Notes under the pieces: generated by a model | Told to the model about the DNA's origin: nothing | Database searches by the model: none | The model's input: only the letters and a program-made list of their open reading frames with translations | Part shown: positions 22,176 through 32,000 of the stretch, in pieces | Position numbering within the stretch: the stretch's first letter is position 1 | How the letters are laid out: every line of letters begins with the position of its first letter | Program-made: the position numbers and the translations under genes | NCBI RefSeq assembly: GCF_000400465.1 | Contig: NW_008806275.1 | Location: 555,741-587,740 of the forward strand | Origin: Wallemia ichthyophaga EXF-994 | Lineage: Eukaryota; Fungi; Basidiomycota | Length of the DNA: 32,000 nt | Direction of reading: 5' to 3'

Positions 22176-23017
22176 CTATTGCTTGTATCGATTCTCCGTC
22201 AACTTTCTGCTTTCATCCAACGCTGCCATCTTATCATCCTTCGTTGCGTTGTACGCGACTGTTTGTTGATTGAAGGGATTGTCAGGCGACTTTTGGAACT
22301 TCTTGTAAAGCATATCGTTGTACTGTTGCAACCTCAATCCTGGGTTTTCACTTCTCACTATCGGCATCTCAGCTTCCTTGTAAGCCTCAAATGCTCCCTT
22401 GAATCTTCTCTCTGGATGCTTCTCAATCTGACCTGCCTTAGCTCCCATTGTTGCTTTATCGGACTTCTGTCCGACGATAGACATCATGTCCATAGCATCA
22501 TCCAACCCAGAAGCTCCGAAGCTCTCTGGTTGATCGACGCTGGCGTTGATGCCACCAGCTGACAATGCTCCTGGTCCTGCGGGCTTTGGTGGTGCTTTCT
22601 TGTTACCGCCCTTGTTCGCACCAGCTTTTGGCTTCGATGGCATAGAAGCTTCTTCTTCAGCAAGCATACGGTCCTTTTCTGCCTTTTTAGCGCTATGTGG
22701 AGTGTCAGAGGGTGGTTGTATTGCTGAAGAGCATCGCTCACGCTTGTTGAGCTTTCTTCTCGGCATCATCCTCTTTCTTTCCCTGCGATATTCCGTTAGC
22801 TTCAAATATCCCTGTACACACTAATCTGCTTACCTTTCCCTTGGATCCTTGCGACCACTTTTGAGATTCCTTGGCTTCAGCAAGTTCGGCCTGTTGAGAT
22901 TTCTTGCTCGCTTCGTTTTCTGCCTTCTTGGCACGACCACCTTCTTTCTTTGCGTTTCCGCCTTTCGGACTGCTTTTCGTTAGCTGTATGTTGCTAGATC
23001 TATCGCACTTACGCCAT
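22176..23017 (-). CDS. CCDC124/Oxs1 family protein; 4 exons
   Basis: Spliced MA|PKGGNAKKEGGRAKKAENE...KWSQGSKGK|GKKEDDAEKK..|AKKAEKDRMLAEEE; C-terminal HMG-like part HPERRFKGAFEAY...GLRLQQY...FQKSPDNPFNQ. Confidence 0.9.
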
Positions 23018-23539
23018 GACTGTTTGATTACAAGGATTGAGATGTAAATCAACTTGCATATAAAAACCTAGCAGATATTATAAAAGATACCAGCTCCATA
23101 GCATATAGTACTTAAATGCCTCTTTCACTTACTTTCGAGGATCTCTTGCGCTTTACGTCAGATCACATTGTTAGGCTGAGAAGCGATTGGAGGTGATAAG
23201 TGCAATAATCCTACACACCCCCATTCAGATGCAGATATGTACCACTTTCGCATTTTACAGCTCAATTTTCACTTGGATCGCGCTAGGGTTATCTGGTATA
23301 AAATTTAGCAGGTATGCTCTTGCTGTCCTTGTGCAACAACTGTGAGTATAATTTATACAACTTAGTTGGATTGGCAGGAGTCTTTTTAAGGATGATAAAC
23401 ATACACAGACCTGTACGCAATCGTCCTAGACGTTGTCGACAACTTGTATTGCCTTTTTTTGCTGAAAAGACTTCTTGATACAAGCTCAACTAAGTTGCTT
23501 ATAAATAATCAGGCTAATTATCATCTATAGTACAAGTAA

Positions 23540-26500
23540 TCATCTCTTTTGTTTATTACGCTTCTTATGTTTTCGTCGTAACTTCTTTTCCACCTTTTTG
23601 TAGTTGCAATTATGTTTCTCCATTAAATTAGACACGTATTCGTGTGCCACGTCGAACTGTTCTGTTAATTTCCACAAGTATGCTTCCCAGTCACTTTCAT
23701 CTCCCTGAGGTTGGCCAGTCTGTTCCCTGTCCTGGTCATCATCGTCGTCCTCAGCTCTGTTGTCCTCAACAACGGTGTCAATCTGTACGTTCTCAACAGC
23801 GTTATCGTTGTTGACTTCCTTCTCGTTGATTTCTTCCATCTCATTAGTGTCCTCCTCCAATCCACTACCTTCGTCCGAAATGTTATACTCAGTTTCTCGA
23901 AGTGCGGTTTCATACTGGACAAGCTTCTGCGTGCTATGCGTGGGTGTTTGAGCTCTTTCTTCATCCACATCACTTTCTTTTTCTGCCAACTCATCCACAT
24001 TACTCTCTGATTCATTACTTACACTCTTTGGCTTCTTATTCTGTTCAAGTTTCTGGCTTAGCTGCTTTTCCAACAGCTTCTCTGCTTCCCACTGATTACG
24101 CTTTTTCTCCTCAACGATAGACCTCCTTGTCTTAGCATCGTTTTCCACCGCGATATCTGGTCTACTCTTTCGCTTCTCATTGAATATACCTGCATCAAAT
24201 GAAGAATCAGGGAATTCGACATCAGAAGCCAAAAGGGACGACTCGTCTAATTGCACTTCACGATCTTGTTTCTGATCGTTACCTTGAGAATCTTCTTCGC
24301 TTTCGCGTCCGTTTACTACATTGCCATTTGAATCCCTTACTAAAACACCATCTGAGTCCCATTTTTCAAAGTTAAGGACACCGAGATCTTCTAGATCGTA
24401 TTCAGGCCGTTCATATATTAGTTTAGAAAAATACTCTGGTCGAGACCTATATCTGTCCGCCCATGATTTTTCACTTGGTCGCCAAGGCGTCTGCGCGATA
24501 TCGAATCAGTTTTGAACGCTCATATACCTTTCTAGGCTTACTCTATTTGCCAATTTGCGCCAGATACCATGTTTTCTATTTGGATGATGCCTCAGCCATG
24601 TTAGTATAATATTGTCCTCAGTTTCATTGAACTTTTGAACATGACCAGGGCGTTTCGAGGCATGCATCTTCGCTCTTGACGTGTCTTCATCGACGAGACT
24701 TATCTCGTTTACATTTATTGTAGAAGTTGGTTTCCTGCTTGAGCTTGTACTTGGACTGGCAATGTTTGAGCTGCTTGATCGTGTTGATCGTTTAAAACTT
24801 TTGAATTGAGTTGCACTATTTGGTCGATTTGTAACTTCATCTTGATAAACTCGTCGAGGTGTTTGCGACGGCTTCACCTTTATTGCACTCTTGATTCTAC
24901 TTACACTGGGTTCCTCCTCAATTTCAGAGTCACTTGTTTGACCCATAAGCAGTCTGGAGCTATTCTCAAACCTCAAAGCAGGCGGTATGTCATGCTCTTT
25001 AATAATCTCTGAGCGAAGTCTGTTTGTATCGCTTGTATGATTCTGACTGCCACCCTCCAAAGAATCGTTCTTATCCTCAATGCGACTCTTGGCGCCCACG
25101 AAATCCTCAATCTCGTCCTCTTCTTTCTCATCATCACCTATACCGTCCTCTTTGTTTTCGACTTCGTCTTCATCAATGTCTTCTTCCTCTTTGTCACTTT
25201 CAAGGATATTTTTCTCGTGCGATCTCGGCTTTTGAACATAGACACGTTTTGTGGAGGTAGTCGGAAGACGTATGTGAGCCAGTTCGTAATCTCTTTCCCT
25301 CTTATTCCCGAAAAGACTTCTAGCCCTTTCATGTTTTACTTCATTTGTAGCAGTAGGAGACCCAGAGGACTCATCACGCGCTGCCCTTTGCTTAGGATTG
25401 AGGTAAGGCTCTGAGCGTTGTCTGCGAGCCCTAATGGTATCGAACTGGTCCATATCTTCATCATTATCAATCTCCCCTTCCTCCTTTTCGCTTTCATGGC
25501 TGCGATGAAAAGTATGCACGGGCACAGATTCAAGCCTTGTTCGCTGACCGTGTCGGGCAGGAGCTGAGCTATGTCTGTGGTTGTTGATTGCATTATCTTG
25601 ATTCATTTCATCGTCACCCTGATTCTCACTCTCATTCTCTGAAAGACTCCTAACCCTATCTTGTTCAACTTTTATACGCTTAGCGTGTTTCTCTCTGAGC
25701 TCCTTCTCGAACATCTTTTTGGCATGCTTGGCGCCTTCGTAGTAGAGAAAACTGCCCAGCTCACTTGGATCGAAAGCGTCATGCATCTGTTACTTGTCAG
25801 TGAAGTTACTGTAGCTTTCATGCGACATACACGCTTCGAAGCTTCCTTCAGAACGCTTGTGTCGGTATTGTCCATTTCAACGATGGTGCTAAGGAGCAGC
25901 CCACGTTGATCAACCGTCAGCTGTTTGCTGGAAGATGTGAGAAAGTCATGTAGGACTAGAACGACTCGCACATACCGCATGTGCTTAGGAAGAAGTTCCA
26001 ACACAGGATTCTCGTCATCTTCTAGTGGAGTCTGCGAATCACGGGCGAACGATAAGCGACGACTATGATCCTGCTGACCGTTCAAAGGCTGTTGTGAGCG
26101 ACTAGGAGTTGCAGAGCCCACATGAGAAAGTCTCTGTCTCTTGTACATGGCTTGTTCTTCATCGCGTGGCCTTTTAGAGCGGTTGATGCTTTCAGCTCTA
26201 TAGGAACTAGATGAAGGCTCCCGAGTTCCGTGCGACTCTCGTTGTTCCCGTACGTTGAGATCATTGTGTATACTGCCAGATGGCCAACTGTCAGACTGGG
26301 ACTGACTTGGTATATTATTACCTGCAGTATGGTTAGTCGAATCACCGTGCTCTCATCTAACGCACTTCTTTCAAAGTGTGCGATCAAACTGTTGTAATAA
26401 GCCGTGTGCTTAACATATTGCTCGCGCCACTGCCACGCGTGAGTTGTGTCGCTTTAGCTTGTCGCACTTACACTCTGCCAAGTGTGGTTGCCGGCCCATG

Positions 26501-26723
26501 AGATATTTGGCTGTTGGAGAGTGTTTAGCATTGGAGGTGTAAATGATGTAGCTACACACATCTTCAACTAATTCCTTATACAGATTATTGCCGCTCCTAT
26601 TGTCTTTCCCATTTCTTGCAAGATATCTGCCGACACAGTGTTGGACGCGTATCAAGATGAATAACAAGATGCTCACAATGCCAGCGATTCTTTCTCATGC
26701 TTTGTGTATGGATGTCGTACCAT
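23540..26723 (-). CDS. Large protein with two Rap1-type Myb domains (Rap1/TERF2IP-like); about 8 exons, start uncertain
   Basis: Four short 5' exons splice to MVRHPYTKHEKESLAL|YLARNGKDNRSGNNLYKELVED|PNISWAGNHTWQS|WREQYVKH, a Rap1-Myb signature. Phase-consistent introns join ORFs 25672-26148, 24506-25786 and 23540-24256. A second Myb reads FNETEDNIILTWL...GIWRKLANR|TPWRPSEKSWADRYR. It ends in an acidic region plus a short helical domain. Confidence 0.75.
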
Positions 26724-27151
26724 TGTGGTTATTGTAACGTCGTCGTTTGATAAGAGGAGATCACGAGACGCGTTAGACGGAATTGGGTAGCATTTTCGCT
26801 GGTTTTCAATATGCGTATATTCAAATAGGGCTACTTTTGGCATTAGTATGACCTCCTCACGCTACAGCAAACATGTTTACGATGGGTTGACTAAGTGTCT
26901 TCGTGTTGTCTTTCACGATGATCCCTTACGGCTGCATAAATGATCTTTTATAACTCTCAGTGAGTTTACTAACGCGCAATACAAAATTTGTGCGCATTTT
27001 TAGATCACAACAAACCTCTATTCGGCAACTGATCATCAAGTATAAGCGTCAACGATAACAAGCAAATCATCAAGTCAAAAAGTGCTTTAAAGTAAAAACA
27101 CTGCAAAAGAAAGATATGTTCAAACACAAGTTCCGAATAATTCGGAGCAAA

Positions 27152-27232
27152 AGGTCTTGCCCGGATTCGAACCGGGGTTAATGGAAGTCTTTGCATCAAA
27201 ATCCACGGTGATAACCGCTACACTACAAAACC
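27152..27232 (-). tRNA. tRNA-Gln(UUG) with a 9-nt intron
   Basis: Acceptor stem GGTTTTG/CAAGACC, D arm TAGTGTAGCGGTTATCAC, anticodon stem GTGGA/TCCAT around TT-TTG-A, T arm GGTTCGAATCC. The 81 nt equal 72 plus the intron TGCAAAGAC after position 37. A short T run follows the 3' end. Confidence 0.93.
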
Positions 27233-27627
27233 AGTTACAGAGCTGCTGATAAGTTAAGATAAATATCAGAAAACCAATAATTTTTCAAGGATAATAAATT
27301 TTTTGTTTCTTCGGCTCATGATGCTTTATCAGCATTTTGCGGTTGGATTTTCAGCTTATTGGGACTTAGCGGATTGTTTACCGCTCAAATTTATTACTTA
27401 AGGCTGCTAGAACTAGCGGAAGCAGTTTTAGACAGCATTCGTTGGACCTCCTAATTTACGGCACACATGCCAAGAACCGCATCCATTTGAGTCACTACAA
27501 TCGTCAGCTTTCAATGTACAACAAGTACAGATAGGCGAAGATTATTAATTGTTGCAACGCTTTTGATCATAAATTATGATTTCTATCTATCTATCTAACA
27601 GCATTCGTTGGTTTACGTGCAGCCAAA

Positions 27628-27806
27628 ACGCGATGCAGGGACGCGATCAGAGAATCAAAAGGTTCGGATGGGTTTGAAGAATAAAAGTAACATACAGCAA
27701 CTCCAGCGATTCAGCACCATGTACCTCAGAGCTAGAAGTGAAGACAAGAAGTCGCGGAGAAATTGAACTGATCAAGGATATCACACGGGAGGATGTAAAG
27801 ACGCGC
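27628..27806. promoter_or_regulatory. MCB-like cores upstream of RFC4
   Basis: ACGCG at 27628, 27641 and 27801, and TCGCG near 27752, all within about 270 bp of the RFC4 ATG. Replication genes are typical MBF targets in yeasts. Confidence 0.4.
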
Positions 27807-27898
27807 CAATACCAATATATCGCATATTGGCTCAGCTGTGTTACGTGAGCACACTAGAAAAGCAAGACCCTTTGTTTATCTCCTTCCACCATCTCCAA

Positions 27899-29037
27899 AT
27901 GTCAAAAGCACTAAACTACGAAGTACCATGGTGAGTTGCACTGCGAACAGCGCAACCTCTCTGAGCGGCTCAACCAGGGTAGAAAAATACAGACCTCGCG
28001 TGCTGTCCGATCTCGTGGGCAACGAAGATACAGTGAAGAGACTGGAAGTGATAGCGCAGGATGGAAATATGCCCCACATGATTATGTCGGTGTGTACAGA
28101 GCAATATGGATATGCATGTATTAAACCAACCCTCAGGGTACGCCTGGTATAGGTAAAACGACGGCAGTTTTAGCCCTCGCACACACACTGCTAGGACCGG
28201 AAGTATTCAAAGAGGCAGTGCTCGAGCTAAATGCATCTGACGAGCGCGGCATTGATGTTGTCCGCAACCGTATCAAATCCTTCGCTCAGAAGAAGATACA
28301 GTTACCTGCGGGTCGGCACAAGATAGTGATTCTCGACGAAGCCGATAGGTGGGTATTTGGTATCGATAGCAGATTCACGCTAACTCACACACTCGAGCAT
28401 GACAAGCGGTGCGCAACAGGCCCTTAGACGCACTATGGAGATATACTCCAACACGACCAGATTCGCATTCGCATGCAACCAGTCAAACAAAATTATAGAG
28501 CCAATTCAGTCACGCTGCGCTATACTTAGGTTCTCTAAACTGCGCGATGTCGAGCTACTAGCGCGTTTGCGCCACATCGCCCACAAGGAGGAGGTCGAAA
28601 TCACAGACGATGGTTACGAAGCACTGATATTCACAAGCGAGGGCGATATGCGCCAGGCTGTAAATAACCTTCAGTCGACGCACACTGGACTCGGTTTAGT
28701 CACTCCAGATGCAGTATTTAAGGTGTGCGATCAGCCACATCCACTACTCGTACAGCACCTCCTCGAAAGCTGCCACAAGGCTAATGTCGACGACGCTCTC
28801 GCTAAACTTGATAAGCTTTGGACACACGGTTATGCAGCTGTTGATATCATCCAGACATTGTTCAGAGTTGCTAGAAATACCAGCTCTCTCGATGAGGCTC
28901 TCAAGTTGGAGTATATCAGGGAGATAGGATGGACACACATGCGCATCCTCGAAGGTGTCGCTACCCTTGTTCAGCTCTCCGGGCTGATAGCACGCTTGTG
29001 CAAAATGTCAATTGATCCAAAAGTATTCAAAGTCTGA
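27899..29037 (+). CDS. RFC4: Replication factor C small subunit (yeast Rfc4 / human RFC2); 4 exons
   Basis: [11 protein letters not shown]|VEKYRP, Walker A S|[24 protein letters not shown], Walker B VILDEADS and the SRC motif [10 protein letters not shown]. Confidence 0.96.
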
Positions 29038-29102
29038 AAACAAAGTGTCTATTTTATACCATTAATCGTTATTTATCTTACTCGGCACGCTCCCGCGTAT
29101 CT

Positions 29103-32000
29103 CTATTGCCTGTAGAGTTTCTTGGTCGAATTGATAGTGTTAATCCAAGCATTCCTGTCGAGAGTCTTCAATGCTATGTTCTCACCTCCACGGGGATATG
29201 CGAGATCTAAATAGAGGACATCCTCACGTCTAGGATGTGCGGATACCGAAATCTCGCACAGTGGTATCGGAAGCTTGTAGAGTGTCCGCTCCGTCACATT
29301 GATCAGGAGTATAATATCGTTACAAAGCACGACGTGGATAATCTTGTTGCTTTTGGATTTAGCAAGCTCTCCTTCCTTGATGAGTAACCTCTTTGATGAA
29401 CTTGTGTTCTCCAACTCGATCCTGCTTATCGGTGAGGAAAGTAAAGACAAAGATCAGCAACTCACTTTTGTCCCATCACAAGCGAGTTGGATATCTCTTG
29501 CAAGCGTGTGTGAGACTCCTGCACACGCACATCTTCATTCACCGCCAACAGCAACCCTTCAATCTCATCGAGCGCCCTCTCAATAGATGCGTATTCGAGC
29601 GTGTTCTTCTCGGTATATTTGAGTATCTGCTTAATGAGGAGTGGGTATCTAGTTATCCTCTGCATGGGTGAAAGCAGATGCGTAGATAGTTCCAGATTCC
29701 TGCTTGTGGGGTCTTCCTTCAACCTGGTCAGATTCTGCGAAAGCCTGTAATTCTTTCTCTGCAATGTCTGCAGCACCTTTATAGACTTGTGCTGATTGCT
29801 GCAGTACCGCCTGTATATGTCTAAATTGCTCAAGTGTTTATCGAGAAGATCCCCAATTTGGGATATATACAGCCTTTCATCGCGTTGTCTCATTTCTAAA
29901 TCGCTGACAAAAGTAGCATGAAGGAGGAGAATATCCTCTATATTAGAGAAGACTATCTCGATCGACTGTCCGTCCACCTCTCTAATCAAGTTAGCCAGGT
30001 AGACTTCAACTATTGCAGTGAGATCCTTCACGTATACCGATTCACTCTTGATCAATTCAAAAATCGCTTCCTGTCTATTGCGTTCTTCTTGAGAGAAGCT
30101 CTCGAGGGCAGAGTGATTAATAAACGACGACCAGTTTGACGATCTGCTAGATTGTTGAGAAAGAGGTCTTGATACCGGTCTTGATACAGGTCTTGATACG
30201 GGGCGAGACGACATTGTTACAGATGCCGATGCTGATCCAGATCCAGATGACGTATCGTCAGCCGTTGATGAAGTCGCTGTCGAATTTGATCTGAACCTCC
30301 CAAGGAAATCGCCAAGCTTGCTCGATGTCTGAGACTGCAGCGACTGTGAGTGTGAGTGTGGCTGATCGCGAGAGCGTTTAAGTTGAGTCGCATCCGATTG
30401 CGAGCGGTGTCTACGTCCTTTTATTTCCGCCGATTTCCCTGTATCGGCTGTATCAGCTGCATGTATGGGTGACTCTATCGTGCTCTGTGGTCGTGATATA
30501 TCGGGTGCTGCTTCTCGAACAGGTCGAGGTCTGGGTGTAAGCTCTAGCTCTGGTTCTAGTTCTGGCTTTGGCTCTTGCTCTGGCGTTGAAGGCGATCCTG
30601 ATGACTCTTCTGTATTTGACTTGATGTTTTGCATCGACGAGGTATCTCTATCTGGAAGGGGAGCAGTCAGCGAGAGTCGTAATGAAGCGGAAATGAAAGG
30701 AAATGCATAGATAAAGTTTTGATCAGACATAACAACAACAGCGTTTAGTTGGACGTTACGAAGTAGTAAAAGATAGGTATTTATAGTGGGGGAGGAGTAT
30801 CACTCACCCGACTCTGATTCCAACTCCACGTAAGCAGCAGGAATGTTCCCAATAAGGCCGTCTTCTGTTGAAATCTTCCACCAATCGTTGTCAGATCTAT
30901 CGACTACGGTAACAAACTGGCCATCATATAAGGGGAACTCATCTTCAGAGTTTGCCGTGTAGTCGTAAAGTGCCTTAGCTTGGACAGGAATATCGAGTTC
31001 TTTTACGTATGCTTTTGGCAGGTATCCGGATTGGCCTGAAGCCGTGAGCTTGCCATACCACCAAGGGCTTTCTGGGTCGCGGCATGGGTTAGCGTCGATG
31101 ATGAAGTTCTCAGTAAAAGCGAGATCCTCGTCCCTCTGTGGCGCGTAAGCGTAGAGCGAGCGACATTTAACGACTGTAGTTGAATTAGAATTGGATGAAC
31201 AACGTACAAACAACGCAACGCACCACAGTGCAGATCAAATTCCTCTGAAAGAGTGTCTGTTGGATCGACATTGATTGACGGAACTTTGACATAGTCCTCT
31301 TCATGTTCTTCTGCGACATTGCCGAGCTCAGGCGCGCGCTGAACAACACCTCCATCGGCAGCTAAACCAGAGATCCAATCAACACTCTGTCTGTTATCCT
31401 TTTTATGTGACTTACTTTCAAGTTGAGCAGCTGCGGGTTGTGATTCAAGTTCAGGTTCAGGTTCAATATGCTCTCTCGGTGCGTCACTAATATGAAGAGG
31501 AGGGGTATCGTCTCCAATCACGCCACCACCAGAGGCAGGTTTGGATCTGTCATTAGTCTGGGCCTTTTTAAGCGACTTCCCGCCTTGGATTTGCGTCATC
31601 AATGAGCCTCTGTCAGCAGGCTTTGATGGGGCTGGCGCGCTTCTTGGTTGAGATTGAGGTTTGGGTTGAGGTTTGGGTGCTGGAGGTGCATTTGGAGCAC
31701 TGCTAGGTGTCGTTGGGGTGTCAGCACCAACGGTTGGCGTAGATGAGCCAGAGCCGCCAGTCATACCGCCAAACAAGACCTTGGCGAGGTTGTCTCTCTT
31801 CGCACGACTGCTAAATTCATCCTCAGAGCTGTCCTCTTCGTCTGACTTCTCTTGTGCGTCATCGCCCCAGTCATCGTCACTGTTGCTTGTCAAGTGCGTT
31901 GATTTTGGCATTGTGGGGACGGGCGCAACTGGACTAGGAGCGGTAGGAATCTGCGACTCAATCGATGATGGCGGTAATTCACCCTTGAGGGGGGGGGGGG
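29103..32000 (-). CDS. Intersectin/Cin1-like endocytic scaffold, 3' part: Pro-rich, WH2, SH3, SH3, DH (RhoGEF), PH
   Basis: WH2 DRGSLMTQIQGGKSLKKAQT. Two SH3 domains (CRSLYAY...PWWYG...GYLPKAYV and AKALYDY...DWWK...IPAAYV). DH RQEAIFELIKSESVYVKDL...LSPMQRITRYPLLIKQILK. PH LLIKEGEL...NAWINTI. Introns near 31180-31230, 30652-30807 and 29421-29466; the frame stays open to the window end. Confidence 0.9.
30165..30200. repeat. Three copies of a 12-bp coding tandem repeat
   Basis: GGTCTTGATAC(C/A/G) x3, encoding RPVSRPVSRPLS on the minus strand in the intersectin SH3-DH linker. Confidence 0.9.
31989..32000. repeat. G homopolymer (at least 12 nt) at the window edge
   Basis: Twelve consecutive G; on the minus strand this is a poly-Pro codon run in the intersectin frame. 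Confidence 0.9.

Noticed and set aside
23270-23345. Minus-strand frame CCTRTARAYLLNFIPDNPSAIQVKIEL as a possible mitoribosomal mL53 fragment
   Set aside because: No start codon or promoter room after the Rap1-like stop, and no continuation could be spliced on.
23250-27400. LGLSG peptide seen in hypothetical frames at both about 23290 and about 27365
   Set aside because: No DNA-level similarity, and the second frame has no start codon; coincidence.
31989-32000. Terminal poly-G as a telomere, G-quadruplex element or artefact
   Set aside because: It is in frame as poly-Pro in a Pro-rich region; its true length cannot be judged at the window edge.
1-32000. Mobile elements, CRISPR arrays, rRNA, snoRNAs, biosynthetic clusters, horizontally acquired islands
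   Set aside because: No transposase/RT motifs, spaced repeats, clear C/D or H/ACA boxes in introns, or intronless foreign-looking blocks were seen by eye; a covariance-model scan would be needed to exclude small RNAs.

Overview
Eukaryotic DNA from a very compact, intron-rich fungal genome. Most introns I measured are 44-67 nt, GT-AG with CTRAY-like branch points, and intergenic gaps are a few hundred bp. The gene families look basidiomycete, and the layout suggests Wallemia (inference, not verified). It is a housekeeping region with about 21 protein-coding genes and one intron-containing tRNA-Gln(UUG). In order: the 3' end of an unknown gene, a degenerate Vps29, a Ctr copper transporter, a FLX1-like mitochondrial carrier, TFB3/MAT1, a hypothetical protein, SEC65/SRP19, Derlin, an atypical eIF4E, a bZIP factor, a BLCAP/BC10 homolog, an Ebp1/AFF-CHD-like protein, HMG-CoA reductase, ATX1, RPL14, an exomer ChAP, a B-type cyclin, CCDC124/Oxs1, a protein with two Rap1-type Myb domains, tRNA-Gln, RFC4, and the 3' part of an intersectin/Cin1-like gene (WH2-SH3-SH3-DH-PH). 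I found no mobile element, CRISPR array, secondary-metabolite cluster or clearly new multi-gene system. The best leads are single-gene oddities. (1) An unusually long, stop-containing intron sits exactly between the SH3 and RhoGEF halves of intersectin and may be a short/long isoform switch. (2) The Vps29 has lost or changed all of the metal-site residues I could align. (3) The eIF4E has W56Y and W73C. (4) A minimal AFF/Ebp1-like protein is present. (5) Some genes are absent from the ORF track (ATX1, with a 6-nt microexon, and a possible 30-aa spliced micro-ORF) or only partly shown (BLCAP). All exon models and family calls were made by eye and from memory of the families; no searches were run.
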